The notes under the pieces are model-generated. The model was not told the origin of the DNA. It searched no databases and worked only from the letters and a program-made list of their open reading frames with translations. From Octopus vulgaris (lineage: Eukaryota), in the NCBI GenBank assembly GCA_951406725.2, contig OX597819.1:48546001-48610000 (forward strand): a stretch of DNA of 64,000 nt. Direction: 5' to 3'. Shown here one piece after another: positions 1 to 14,022 of this stretch. Every line of letters starts with the position of its first letter. Position 1 is the first letter of the stretch. Position numbers and translations under genes: made by a program.

Positions 1-313
1 ATTTAATTCATTAATAGCGAAACAATTGTCCCAAAATAATCTGTATTTTTGTTATTTTTTATTTGCCCTGTCCGTGTGAGCTAACAATCGTACTGACTTT
101 CATGGGAAACATGTATTTTTGTGGTTGAAACCTTTTGGATTAACTGGTGCTAGAGTGAGCCATATAGTGACCACTCTCTTATATTTATTTTGTAAAAATA
201 TTATAATATATTATAAAATATTATAATAATCCAGGTTTCTCGGAGCACTAGGCCACTTGGTGTTGAATAGATATACTATTAAATTAGTATCTAATTCTCT
301 CACCCTTATTAAT

Positions 314-317
<4 letters not shown>
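1..317 (+). mobile_element. Penelope-like (PLE) 3' terminal fragment ending at a (TA)n tract; carries the 3' half of a hammerhead motif
   Basis: GAAA-CAATTG-TC at 19-30; the 5' half of the motif would lie outside the window. Ends CACCCTTATTAATTA before (TA)n, similar to the termini at 39672-39690(-) and 62062-62080(-). Confidence 0.4.
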
Positions 318-381
<64 letters not shown>

Positions 382-384
<3 letters not shown>

Positions 385-482
385 GTTAATCCAAGCATGA
401 AAACACAAAGGGAAAACAACAACATGAGGATGTGGAACAAGTATAGTATTATTGGACGCTCAGGAAAGACAGAAAGAAGGAG

Positions 483-484
<2 letters not shown>
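382..484 (-). mobile_element. Short (TA)n-embedded element tail, same family as 40603-40940 and 61760-62043
   Basis: Reverse complement reads TTTCCTGAGCGTCCAATAA...TTGTTCCACATCCTC...TTGGATTAACTA and aligns with the two other copies; (TA)n on both sides. Confidence 0.7.
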
Positions 485-514
<30 letters not shown>

Positions 515-517
<3 letters not shown>

Positions 518-1844
518 AACTACAGAAGAAATGCTATATATATATATATATCACTAATACAAGTAAGAATTTGTATATCAAATAATTCAGAGACACCAGC
601 CGCATGGAAAACAATAGCTATGTTATTGTTAACATATTTAATGCATGGAACATTAAAAACCAACTATAGATAAATATACATTGAGAACGAGCTTCCACAC
701 AGTTTCCACCTAGAAAATCCATTTACAAAACATTGATTGCCCAAGGTGTCTCACAGTGGGACTGAACCTAAAGCCATTGGGTTGTAAAGTGAGTTTTGCT
801 AACCACACAGTTATGCCTAACTTTTTTCATAACAATATATAATTCATGGAACACTAGAAAAACGAATTAGAAATAAATGTGCATAGATGAGAAAAAAATG
901 ACGTTATTTAATGATTAATATCATTTATTTATTTTTAGGCCAGTATGAGAAACAACCAGACTTATTTTGTATTTTTTTCTGACTTCCTCAGTCACACATA
1001 CACAGTTGGCATCTTTATTGTTTTTTTTTTCATCTCCTAAGAATTTTACTTCCCTATTCCAATAAATATGCAATTTCTATATTTAGTTAAAGATTTGTTC
1101 ATTTCTGCTTCAGCAATACTGAAGAGGTTAGGAAAAGAAGGAAACATGTTTGAACTTATTTCCCCTACTACTCGTACTGAAAATAAATATAAAATAAAGA
1201 TTAGTTACAAACTAATAAAAAAATTTTTAATTGTCATCCTCATCAGTTTAAAGTCCACTTTACGTGAGGTAGACAGAGTTCATTGAGGAAGATTATCTAC
1301 AGCTGGATGTTCTTCATATTCCCATCACGCACCTGTTTCCAAACAAAGATATTATTTCCCCATACCTGAACATGTTTTTCATGGAAGACTGGCAATCAAT
1401 GACACTGCTTGTATGACAGTGACACTTGCTTAGAACTATCATGTGATGTTAAGAACACACACACATGCATATAAATACATATTTGACAAATTTCTTTCAA
1501 TTTCTGCCTACCAAATCCACTCACAAGGCTTTCGCCTACTCAGTGCTACAGCTAAAGACACTTGCCCAAGGTGCCATACTTTGGGATTGAACTTGAAGCC
1601 AATTGGTTGGAAGTATGTCTCTTAACCACATAGACATGCATGTGCCCATCATAGACATGGTTGTGCCTTTTCATTCTCAATGTATATTTATCTATAGTTG
1701 GTTTTTAATGCTCCATGCATTGAATATGTTAACAATAACTTAGCTATTGTTTTCCATGCGGCTGGTGTCTCTGAATTATTTGATATACAAATTCTTACTT
1801 GTATTAGTGATATATATATATATATAGCATTTCTTCTGTAGTTA
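515..1844. repeat. Inverted duplication of about 175 bp (515-688 vs 1673-1844)
   Basis: ATAACTACAGAAGAAATGC...TACATTGAGAA is the reverse complement of TTCTCAATGTA...GCATTTCTTCTGTAGTTAT with about 3 mismatches. Confidence 0.9.
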
Positions 1845-2526
1845 TTTCTAATCTTGTTCTTATTAAAAGTTTGCCAATAATTATCCTAGAAACATTATTT
1901 TTGAATTGCAGAGTTGGGCCATAGTTTATTTCTTTCTAAGCCACAAAGTATATATTCTGTGATCTTTATGCCATTACACTAAGAGTGAATCACACCATTC
2001 TTTGATATATATTGAACTGTAATCTATTGTATCTTTACATCACTACTGTCTAGACTTTATGATATAAGCAATTGTAGTATTTTATAAATGTTATTATTCA
2101 TTTATTCATCCATTCATCCATCCATCCTTCCATCCTTCTAAGCACATTAGCTTATACAGGGTCTGAACTTATAATCTTGGACCAATTAGTTTTAAGTTCT
2201 GGAAACATTTCATTCTCCTGCACAAGTTGTTTCAAGTTTTTAAATGAAAATAACATTATCGCTGTAAGTGAAGTGAAACACTTACTACTGGGAATCAAAA
2301 CTGAGTCATCAACTTGGTTTACTTTACAGTGAACTCACCAATATTCCATGATATCATCTCCATCCAGCCTGCTGTAATTATCAAGGATGTATCAGACATT
2401 TTAGCAGTCATTTTGGCACTGTTTATTTGATGCCACTGATTCGAAGCTGGTTTGGTTGATATAAGATGTTTTAGTGTTTCTCTCATTCTCTCCCTCTCAA
2501 TCTCTCTGTTTAAGTGTGAATATATA

Positions 2527-2691
2527 GGCGCAGGAGTGGCTGTGTGGTAAGTAGCTTGCTTACCAACCATATGGTTCTGGGTTCATTCCCACTGCGTGGC
2601 ACCTTGAGCAAATGTCTTCTACTATAGACTCAGGCTGACCAAAGCCTTGTGAGTGGATTTGGTAGACAGAAACTGAAAGAAGCCCATTGTA

Positions 2692-2748
<57 letters not shown>

Positions 2749-2957
2749 GTGTATGTTTGTGTGTCTGTGTTTGTCCCCCCAACATCACTTGACAACTGAT
2801 GGTGGTGTGTTTACGTCCTCGTAACTTAGCGGTTCGGCAAAAGATACTGATAGAATAAGTACTAGGCTTACAAAGAATAAGTCCTAGAGTCGATTTGTGC
2901 GACTAAAAGGCAGTGCTCCAGCATGGCCACAGTCAAATGACTGAAACAAGTAAAAGA
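2527..2957 (+). mobile_element. tRNA-derived SINE family A, full length, with central microsatellite
   Basis: Head GGCGCAGGAGTGGCTGTGTGGTAAG with Pol III A/B-box-like motifs (GGTTCATTCCC); internal (TA)n; tail ...CAAATGACTGAAACAAGTAAAAGA. More than 15 related copies or fragments occur in the window. Confidence 0.9.
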
Positions 2958-3009
2958 AAATATTTCTCTTTATGTGTATGATGAAAGGGAAAGCATTTAA
3001 CAATTTTAT

Positions 3010-3168
3010 TCATGGCTTAGTGTTGGACTCATGATCATAAGATTGCAGGTTCAATTCCTGGACCAGATGATGGGTTGTGTTCTTGAGCAAACACTTCATT
3101 TCATACTGCTCCAGTCCACTCAGCCGGTAAAAATGAGTAATCTTGCGATGGAATGGCATCCCATCCAG
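3010..3168 (+). mobile_element. tRNA-derived SINE family D, 5' part (related copies 11000-11192(-), 21290-21612(-), 33955-34045(-))
   Basis: TGGCTTAGTG...GGTTCAATTCC box motifs followed by GTTCTTGAGCAAACACTTCATTTCA, shared with the other copies. Confidence 0.65.
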
Positions 3169-4900
3169 ATCCATTCACAAGGCTTTTGTTGGCCTGAGGC
3201 TATATTAGAAGACACTTGCCCAAGGTGCCATGCAATGGGACTGAACCTGGAACCATGTGGTTGGGAAGCAAACTTCTTACTACAGTCCACCTACACCTAT
3301 TTCAACTTATCATTTACTCTTCTGGGGTTGGTAAAATAAGTTCCAGTTGAGTACTAGGTGGTGATGGTGGCATGTTTATCTAATTGACTGTACCAATCCC
3401 CTAAATTTGAGGCCTTGCTCTTTGGTTAAAAAGAACAAACCATTATTATTGTTTAGTGTCAGTAGGCATAGTGATTTTGTGCCTTCCTTAAGTAAGAGGT
3501 AAGGAGGATAATTGAGTGTAGTTAGTACTATTAATATTCAGTTTGAATTACTGCAGGCAAACAATTAACGAAAAATAAGTGCAGGAAAGGGAAGCATTGT
3601 TGGAAAATGGGATTGGAAAATAATTCTATATGACATTTGGAAATTAATTCTTTTGTTACCATATTTCTGCTGAAATACATTGCCTGTATTTCAATCAATT
3701 TTCAAAATAATGAAAAACTATGTCATTATTAAGCTGATGTTTAGAATACAAATTAATTTGAAATTATGATGGAAGGCTTTAATTTAGATCACTTTAAAAT
3801 GGAATTTGTATTGTAGAAATAGAGGCAGTCTCAGGTAGGATGGTATCAAAAGGGTTTAAATATGGATGATTGATGGGAAGATGTCAGCTGTGTGCATTGA
3901 TTGAATTCATATGGATGTCATATAGAGTCAGCAAGTGCAAGGAAGATAGAAGTAATTTTTGTGACTAAAAAACACAGAAAGAGGACACAGATCAACAATG
4001 GGTGCGTTAGCAATGGAATGAGTGTTAATTATTGAGGAATAGCTGTTATGTAAGCAGCTTTTTATATGGAAAATGGAGCCTTGGATAGATGTACATAAAT
4101 ATGCATGTGTGGTGTTATGATAAAGAAACTATAAATATGAAACTATGATTTAAATATTGATTATTTACTCATTGTATTTTTCTGAATAAAAGTCTAAGTC
4201 AATCCAGAATTGTAAGCTTTCCACCAACTAATCAATTCAACAGTCTGGATTAATGCTGCACATGGAACTATTTTTGGATCTTTAAATCTCGCATATTAAG
4301 TTGAACTAAGCCTTCCTCATGGGTTATGTTCTGAGGTTATGTTCCAGATTTTGGATCATATTTTCTTTACATATAAAACAATAAGGATTTATTACAACAC
4401 TTGGATAGAATGTTGTCAGTAGTTTGGATATTAAACATAGAATTCATCTTTACAAAATCCTCCACTGAAACGTTTTCTTTTAATTTTCTTTGTTGATAAA
4501 ATTCCAGCTCCATTTTAGCTACTAATGCTTGGCAGATTCATTCTGAGTAGCTTGGATGGATTTTTGCCTTAGCTTAATTTTGATTTTAACTTTTCTAGCA
4601 GCTGACATATAATATTTCTTGTTCGTTTTATTTTTTAGTTGCAACTAATGTCTTTATAGCTAATATGTCACATCCAAAAGAAAATGTCAAAGTTATAAAC
4701 ACAGTGAATAATTTGTGATGAGTGTAGTTTTTGTTTCTTTGTTGTGTACATTATTTTACTGAGTTGCCCTGTTCTACATTGTAGCTCCAGAATACAGTGG
4801 TGTTTACTGATATTTACTGAGGTAAATTTTACAGAATATATTAGTAGAAATAGGCAATATATATATATATATATAAAAAGACAAAAGAAATATATAAATA

Positions 4901-5087
4901 GGCACAGCTGTGGCTGTATATAGGCACAAGCTTGGCTATATGATAAGAAGTTTGTTTTCCAACCACATGGTTCTGAGTTCAATCTTACTGCATGGCACCT
5001 TGGGCAATAGTCTTCTACTATAGCTTCAAGCCAACGAAAGCTTTGTGAGTTGATTTGGTAGATAGAAACAGAAAGAAAGCTCTCATG

Positions 5088-5173
<86 letters not shown>

Positions 5174-5419
5174 CTTATTTTTGTATATATATCTACATGT
5201 GTATTTCTTTGTCTTTGTGTTTGTCCCCCACCACTACTTGACAACTGGTGTTGATTTGTTTATGTCCTTGTAACTTAGTGATTCAGCAAAAGAGAGCAAT
5301 AGACTAAGTATCAGGCTTTGGGAAAAATAAGTACTGGGGGGTCAATTAGTTCAACTAAACTATTGAAGGTGATGCCCCAGCATGCTTGTTGTCCAATGAC
5401 TTAAGCAAGTAAAAGATAA
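4901..5419 (+). mobile_element. SINE family A copy with central (CA)n
   Basis: Head and tail align with 2527-2957. Confidence 0.85.
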
Positions 5420-6045
5420 ATTATAAAGTAGAATGAACTAAAGTAAAATCTATTTTGTTATAGTTTCTCAATTGTGAAATGTGAATCTGTGGAACTTAAT
5501 CAATAGCCAATTGATAGTTTATAACAACGTTTCACTGAACAAAATTATATCACACTCACAAAAAAAAAAAAAAAATGAATGATAAATAAAATAAAATATA
5601 TAATAAAATAACTATTCAAATTACCATTATTCTGAGATTCTATTATTTGTGTCTCTGATTCAGTCAACTGTTATAAATTGTTAAATTGTCATCCTTGTGA
5701 GGAGATTTATGAATATTGGCAGAAAGATATTAAATAGACAAGCAGAAATAGTTGTCCTTGTACTGTTAGATGTACTTACAGACTTGCTGTACTATCAGTG
5801 ATATATGTTACTGTTACCTAAGATTTGATAAGTTTCCTTGATCAGGGCTGACCTGTGACTAAATAGTAATGACAACAAACCCTAGAAGACAGGAAAAGTT
5901 CTATGGAAACCTCAAGAGTGTTCATTAAAATTTTGCTTTATGGACAAAGTCTAAGAGAACAAATATATCTAATTTCATTCTTATGTTCAATGTTACATCC
6001 CTTGCTTATGGTATTTCCAGTTACATAAAACAAAATGAGTCAGTA

Positions 6046-6437
6046 TGGTACTAACATATTCTCTATATGTTGCTGACATAATCTCAACCTGTTACTAACA
6101 TATTCTCCATCTGGTACTAACATATTCTCAACTCGGTCCTAACATATTTCCTATCTAATACTAACATATTCTCTATCTGTTGCTAACATATTCTCTGCCT
6201 GGTACTAACATATTCTTTACATGCTACTAACATATTCTCTACTTGGTACTAACATATTTCCTATCTAGTGCTAACATATTCTCTATCTGGTACTAACATA
6301 TTCTTTGCATGGTATTAACTTTTCTCTATCCTGTACTAACATATTCTTTACTTGGTACTAACATATTTCCTATTTAGTACTAACATATTCTCTATTGGTA
6401 TTAACACATTTTCTACCTGATACCAACATATTCTCTT
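6046..6437. repeat. Minisatellite, about 21-22 bp unit (GGTACTAACATATTCTCTATCT), roughly 18 diverged copies
   Basis: CTAACATATT core recurs about every 21-22 bp. Confidence 0.9.
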
Positions 6438-6789
6438 TCAGTTTCTGAGACAAGAGAGCAACAGGGATTCATATACATTCTGGATCTTTTGAATTCTTTC
6501 AAGAATCATAGTATACACACATACTTTTGAGGAAGTACACAGAAGTACCACTTCTGAATGCCCTAACTCAAGCTCCACTGTAGCACTTTGAGAAGTCTAG
6601 AACTTTAATGCAATCATCTTCATCATGGATTGTTGCATTCAAGGGAGTCTCTTTGACATTCACTATAGAATGTTCCAGTCTATATGTAAAGGTGTTTAAC
6701 TGCATTAGACCTACTATGTGGTTATTTAATTGACTTTTTGATCATTACATAGTTGGCTTGTATTAAATGTAGGAATATAGTTATGAAGA

Positions 6790-7115
6790 GCAGAATTAGA
6801 TTCCTGCTGGGATTGATACAGTCCATCTTCCTGTACACATGTAAGATATGGACTTCCACTACTGAGACAGAGAGAAAGAGGCAGACATTAAAGATAATAT
6901 GATGTCATAACATCTTAGGCAGCTGGTACTTGGGAGCATTTCACAAATGAGCAGGTTCATGAAGCCATTGAGAATCACACAGGCCCAAATAAAAAAAATA
7001 AAAAAACATCTTACAATCGTGAAGATAGAGAGCTCAGATGGTGTAACTTGTATAATGAGATCCAGTGACTTTGCAAAGGCAATTCTTCAAGAAACTATAA
7101 AAGAGGAAGAAAGAG
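6790..7115 (+). mobile_element. Old RTE-clade LINE fragment (C-terminal part of the RT ORF, degenerate)
   Basis: Translates as SIFLYTCKIWT...HFTNEQV...LTIVK...RSSDFAKAILQETIK, matching the RTE pattern LYxxExWT...TNEEV...LAKxILQGT. Confidence 0.7.
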
Positions 7116-8127
7116 TACCTTTTACTTGTTTCATTCATTGGACTGTGGTCATGTTGGGGCACAACCTTGAAGGATTTAGTCAAATAAATTGACCCCTTCC
7201 CCACTCCATTCTTATCTTTAAGTCTGGTGCCTTATTCTCTTTTGATAAACCTCTAAGTTGTAGGAATGCAAACAAACCAGCACCAATTATCAAGCAGTGG
7301 TGGGACAAACACAAAGAAATACACATCTACATATGCACACACACACACACACACACACGTGCCTGCACACAAATACACGCACTAGGCTCCCCAAACAGAC
7401 TCCATCTACTAAATTAACACACAAAGCATTGGTTGATCCAAGGTTATAGAAGAAAATATTTGCCCAAAGTACCATGCAGTGGGACTGAACTTGAAACCAC
7501 ATGGTTGCAAAAGCAAGCTTCTTAGCCACATAACCGTGCCTGCATCTGTATCATTCTCTTCTGGTAAAACAGTGAACTTGCAAATAAATTGCCGAGTGGG
7601 ATGTTGTTGATGTGTAATTTAAAAGTCAGTCCTGATTGAGAGCAGTTCTGTAGCACACAGATAGTTTAGAAAGAAAGATGATAGGGTAACGCTGTTAGGA
7701 AGAGAGGTTAGGAAGGTAAGGGAAGGGGGGATGAGATATTGTAACTGAATAAATCAAGGGAAGTTAAGGGGAAGTTAAGGTAAGAGAAGTTAAATGAAGT
7801 TAAAAGTGCATAAGAACAAGACGAGAGAAGGTGAAAAAATGAAAAAGTGAAGAAGTGTGAAAAAATTGGGAAAAACTGTGAAAAAGGGAAAATAGATGTC
7901 TGAAATGGCAAGATTCATATTACATAGCATGTAGAAAGCATATATACGAGAGTTATTGTGAAAGGCTATAAATTGGGTGTGTGGTAAGCTTGCTTCCCAA
8001 CCTCATGGTTCTGGGTTCAGTCCCACTGCATGGCACCTTAAGTATGTGTCTTCTACTATAGTGCTGGATTGACCAAAGCCTTGTGAGCGGATTTGGTTGG
8101 CAGAAACTGAAAGAAGCCTGTCATATA

Positions 8128-8564
<437 letters not shown>

Positions 8565-8593
8565 TATATATATATATATATATATCTCCTCCT

Positions 8594-8775
8594 CATCATC
8601 ATTGTTTAACGTCCGCTTTCCATGCTAGCATGGGTTGGTCGATTTGACTGAGGACTGGCGAACCAGATGGCTGCACCAAGCTACAATCTGATCTGGCAGA
8701 GTTTCTACAGCTGGATGCCCTTCCTAACGCCAACCACTCCAAGAGTGTAGTGGGTGCTTTTACATGCCACCGGCA
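8594..8775 (-). mobile_element. RTE LINE 3' tail fragment
   Basis: Matches the 3' end of the RTE at 26040-26230 and ends in (GAT)n. Similar tails at 15200-15398(+), 15488-15765(-), 28235-28430(+), 36230-36455(+), 39220-39573(-) and 51970-52170(+). Confidence 0.85.
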
Positions 8776-8811
8776 TATATATATATATATATAAATATTA
8801 ATAATAATAAT

Positions 8812-9032
8812 ATGACAACAAAAGAATGAATGAGACCTCAAAATTATGTAAAATAGAGGAATTTATCTATAAATATAATATGTGACAATTAGTTGGTTGT
8901 CATAATAAAACTTTCAGATACCATGGCTGAAGTCTGATCCGGCATCACATCAGTTATTTATAACTGATGAGATACCGGAGCATCCGGAATTCTGAGTTTT
9001 ATTATGACAACCAACTAATTGTCACATATTAT
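8812..9032. mobile_element. PLE-type fold-back element with degenerate hammerhead; same family as 20378-20917
   Basis: Inverted arms 8875-8956 / 8961-9032; CTGATGA at 8964; shares GAGACCTCAA..ATTATGTAAA..TAGAGGAA with the 20.4-kb element. Confidence 0.75.
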
Positions 9033-9049
9033 ATATATATATATATATA

Positions 9050-10306
9050 TCAGGGGGAGTAAAAAGTAAGCAACGTTTTGAAACATGAAATTCATCGCAA
9101 TATATTTCAACAATGCAGAAATTTTATTCATCAAAGTAAGTACCATTACAATCAAGACATTTTTGCCGAGTTACAAGTTTGTTTATTCTGGTAACATAAA
9201 AATATGGAGTTCTGGAACTGATAGATTTTTTGAATGCACTTTCAGCATCAGTTTGATTTTTAAACTCCTTACAGGAAACTATCAAGGTGCTTGAAAAAAA
9301 GTGGTAGTCGGTAGGAGAAACATCTAGGGAATCAGCTGGTTGAGGAAGAACTTCATAGCCAAGTTCCCTCAACTTCTGTGTGCGGTGGAGCATTGTTACG
9401 AAGAATGATAGGCCCTCTTCTGTTGACCAGTTTGGGATGGAAGAGTAGCAGTTTTTTGTTCATTTTGGCAATTTCATGGTAATAAGTTTCTGCAGTAGTG
9501 GTTTTTCCAAGTTTTAAGAATTTATAATAGATGAGTCCAGCAGTACACCACCAAATTAGTCACTATAACCTTCTCTTTGAAGAGCTTGGGTTTAGGGAAG
9601 GTTTACGGTGCTTTATTTTGGTTCAACCACTGTGCAGAATGTTTTTTATTATTGTACAAAATCCACTTTTCATAGCAAGTTACAATATGGTTGAGAAATG
9701 GATTGATCTGGTTACGGAGATGAAGTGATGAGCAAATTTCATATCTGCGCATTTTCTGATTTTCATTCAAATCATGTGGTACCCATTGTTTTTTTGATTT
9801 CCCGATCGCCTGCAAATGGTTGTAGGCAATTTTCTGGCTAATTTGAAGTTCTTTTTTCAGTTCTGGAGTGGTTTTATGTGGATCTTTCTCAATGACAAGT
9901 CTTTAATTGACCATCATCAATGACAGATGGGCGTCCACTATGCACACGATCTTCAAGGCTCAGATCTTCACTGCAAAATCATTTAAGCCATTTTCAAGCT
10001 GACCACTCACTGGTCATTTCCTCACCAAGCATTTTGTTGATATGGTGAGCAGTTTCAGCTGCTTTACATCCTTTTTGAAGTTGAATAGCAAAATTGCTCG
10101 AATATCGCATTTTGACAGTTCCATTTCAGATGATTGTAACAATCGTGAAAAAATATCAATGTTAATTTATTGATGCATTTGGGCAAGTCTACGTCTGTAT
10201 TATCACACAATTGCTAAAAAATGTTTTAAAAAATTCCAAAACTCTGCAAAAATCTGGCACAAATTCTTCATGGTTCAAAATGTTGCTTACTTTTTGCTCA
10301 ACCTGA
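9050..10306 (-). mobile_element. Full-length decayed mariner (DD34D-type) transposon
   Basis: About 40-bp TIRs TCAGG(GG/TT)GAG(T/C)AAAAAGTAAGCAAC..., TA on both sides. Transposase remnants (ATG near 10124, stop at 9124) include WVPHDL, IVTCYEKWILYNN and SLDVSPTDYHFF. Frameshifted, with two catalytic Asp residues altered. Confidence 0.93.
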
Positions 10307-10630
10307 TATATATTTATGTGTGCGTGTCTTTGTGTCTGTGTTTGTCCCCCACCACCACTTGACAACCAGTGTTGGTGTGTTTATGTTCCTGTAACTTAGC
10401 ATTTTGGTAAAAGTGACCGATAGAGTAAGTACCAGGCTTATAAAAAAAAATCCTAGGGGTCGATTTGTTCAACTAAAAAACCCTCCAAGGCAGTGCTCCT
10501 GCATGGCCACAGTCAAATGCCTGAAGCAAGCATAAGATAAAAGATAAATTAATAAAAAGTGTAGAGAAAACTTTAGTGCATGATTCCAGCTGTTGTACCT
10601 ATTATAAGAATTAATTAAAAGTGGTTAGTC

Positions 10631-10957
10631 TGCAGGTGTGGCTGTGTGGTAAGAAGCTTACTTCTAAACCACATGGTACCAGGTTCAGTCCCACTGTATG
10701 GCACCTTGGGCAAGTATCCTTGTGAGTGGATTTGGCAGATGGAAACTGAAAGAAGCCTGTCGTATATATATATGTGTGTGTGTGTGTTTGTGTCTGTGTT
10801 TGTCCCCCTGCCGTCACTTGATAACCAATGTAACTTAGTGGTTTGGAAAAAGTGACTGATAGAATAAGTACTAGGCTTACAAAGAGTAGATCCTGGGGTT
10901 GATTTTTTTCAAGTAAAACCCTTTAAGGCAGTGTTCCAGCATGGCTACAGTCAAAGA
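10631..10957 (+). mobile_element. SINE family A copy with internal deletions
   Basis: Aligns with 2527-2957. Confidence 0.8.
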
Positions 10958-11895
10958 ATATTATTCCATAAGGAGTATAGGGCTGGCTTCCCAATTTCTT
11001 TGGTGTATATATTCCTCGCTGGATGGGACCCCTGTCCATCGCAGGATTTCTCAGTTTTTCCATCTGAGTGGAATGGAGCAACATGAAATGAAGTGTTTTG
11101 CCCAAGGAAACAACACATCACCCTGTCCAGGAATTGAAACCACAATCTTACAATCATGAGTCCAACATCCTAACCACTAAGCCATGTGCCTTCACATTTT
11201 AATCAAAAGTAGCAGTGATGACTACAACATGGATACTTTTTTAGATTCCACTCCATGAAATGTACCAGTTGAGCTCATTACACTTAGAAAAATATCCAAA
11301 ATAAAAAAAAAATTATACAAACTGATGATAATCCCCCCCCCCCAAAACCACTCTGAAAATACCTGAGGCACTCAGTGGGGAATCTGGTAAGGAAGGATAG
11401 GAAACGCATTTGGAAGTGAGAAAATGTTGATAACAATAAGCAAGATAAAAAAAATATACCCTTAAAATTTTGTGTGTATGTATGTGTGTATTTATGTATA
11501 CGTGTGTATGAATGTATGTATGTATGTATGTATGTATGTATGTATGTATGTGTGTGTATGTGTGTGTATGTATGTATCTATATTATGTATATATATATAT
11601 ATGAGTGCGTGTGTGTATATATATAATGTAAGCTATATCTCTATAAATATGTGTATGTGAATGTTTCTATATATATATGTATGTACACCACACGCACACA
11701 CACACGCACATACATACACATGCAAACAGACACACACACACATGATATATATATAAATTCAATCAGATTACAGGAAGACAAATGATTTGTATATTTAAAA
11801 AGGAAATGCAAGTGAGGTATTGAAGGGAAGGAAAGCTGAGGGTGACAACTGAATAAATCTTAGTTGGCTTGATATGATATTAGCAATATATAAAA

Positions 11896-12152
<257 letters not shown>

Positions 12153-13064
12153 GGTTAAAGAAGAGCAACAAGGAAGGTTGTCTTGTCTCTGTGGCATGAG
12201 ATCAAAGGTGAGTGATAGACAAAATAGGTTGGTTTAATCAGCTGGCTAGCCTCGTTTTGGAGACTATTGATAGTTGGAAAAGGTTCTCTTCTTCTTAGGC
12301 ATTGGTGGAGTTTTATTCAATTATTGATCTTTGAAAAAATCCTTGTTTTTGTACTGGCTGATTTCTCCTTACTGTAATGTTTAGCTGAAGTACAGTATTA
12401 CTTGATGTGTTAGAAGCAAACGAGTCTTTATGGGCAGCCAGAACAGTTTAAAAAAAGGAAGAAGAAAAGAATATATAATCAAAAATTCAAATACATTATG
12501 GTGATGTCATTACAATTTTAATTTTATGATTTTCTATTGCTTATAATGCAAATAAAATACTGGTTGCTTTTAGACAGATATTCTTAGAATTTGCAACTAC
12601 CTTTGGCAATTATACTTCAAATATATTCCATAAATTAAAATGCAGCGAAATTATGGGCCATTTTATGGCTTACAGTTAAATGAGGTTATATGGGGAAATA
12701 AATGATACTAGTTCAATATTAGCTGTTAGCTGTGTGTTGTCTCCAATGAGTTGCCTGGTTGGCATGTTGCCAAACTACTCTACTGTTTGTTCTGTGATTG
12801 ACGCTTTAATGTTCAGCTTGTTATTATCTTCCTGTAATGTTTTGAGAATAATTCTAAAATTTCAAAAGACACTTCAGTTGCAACTTCATCCTGAATTCTC
12901 ACAATTTGTTGTTGTTGTTGTTGTTACTTTTATTGTTGATGTTGTTGTTAGTGTGGTAATGTTTTTCACCCTCAGGTCAGCCTTGATCGAGCAGATCTTC
13001 GATCAAATTCATTTCAGCCACGACCATTTGTCTTTTTGTTGATTTAAGACTACACTGTTTAATG

Positions 13065-13294
13065 CAGATGTTTTCTACCATTTTTTTGCCTATGGACCCC
13101 CTTTGATTCCTAGTTTACTCTTCTGGACCCCCATATGTGTATATAAAAAAGATCTTAATGTATTTTTATAATTGAATATTATTAGGATTTGTATAAAAAA
13201 ATTAAAATATTTTGTGAATTGTAGACATATAACCAATTTATTGCACATAAATTTTAACAAAAGAATTTATAGGGACCCTAGTTGAGAACCAGTG
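13065..13294. mobile_element. hAT-type MITE
   Basis: Degenerate TIRs CAGATGTTTTCTACC / GTTGAGAACCAGTG (CAGTGGTTCTCAAC type); 8-bp TSD GTTTAATG (13057) / GTCTAATG (13295). Confidence 0.7.
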
Positions 13295-13792
13295 GTCTAA
13301 TGCTTGCTTCATTTTCTAATATGATGGGTATGATTTGATAGAATTTAGCTGCTATTTCTTAGAAGTTGAGTTCTAATACACTTGGGAAATGCATGGACAT
13401 CACATTTTCTCTGAGGCTCTCTTGTAGAATTGTTATAGTTACTATTGGTTAGATGTAGAATAGAACATAAAGGCAGCCAGCTATATACTTCTGATGTAAA
13501 ACCATGTTTATTATCTCTGTGTGTTGGGATAAATAAATAACTTGAAATACCAAAGAAACCAGTGAGTGTCAATCTCATCAAAAATCAGTTAATAATTTCA
13601 AAAACTGAATAATCTGTAGGACCAGGGATGAGTAAGGTCTTTATTAATCTTGTGAACCTTATTTGTTGTGGTATAGGGACAGTACATTCTGAGACTGATA
13701 TTATATAACACACACACACACATGCACTCATGCATGGCCATATGTGTGCACACACACACATGCACTCCCATTTGGAAGAAACACATCATAAA

Positions 13793-14022
13793 GGCGGCAA
13801 GCTGGCAGAATCGTTAGCACACTGGGTGAAATGCTTAGTGGTATTTCGTCAACCGTTTCGTTCTGAGTTCAAATTCCGCCAAGGTCGACTTTGCCTTTCA
13901 TCCTTTCAGGGTCGATAAATTAAGTACCAGTTATGCACTGGGGTCGATGTAATTGACTTAATCCCTATGTCTGTCCTTATTTGTCCAATCTATGTTTAGC
14001 CCCTTGTGGGCAATAAAGAAAT
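13793..14022 (+). mobile_element. SINE family C, full length, 17-bp TSD
   Basis: Head GGCGG..AGCTGGCAGAA, B-box-like GAGTTCAAATTCC, core GTCGACTTTGCCTTTCATCC; TSD AAGAAACACATC(A/G)TAAA at 13776-13792 and 14023-14039. Confidence 0.9.

Noticed and set aside
2140-2450. Coding-like stretch on the minus strand with a GTGAGT donor-like site near 2335
   Set aside because: No recognisable domain, in-frame stops, and no convincing acceptor.
4200-4660. Possible decayed coding sequence on the minus strand (ALVAKMELEFYQQRKLKE...)
   Set aside because: Multiple stops and no family I can recognise; a tBLASTx search would be needed.
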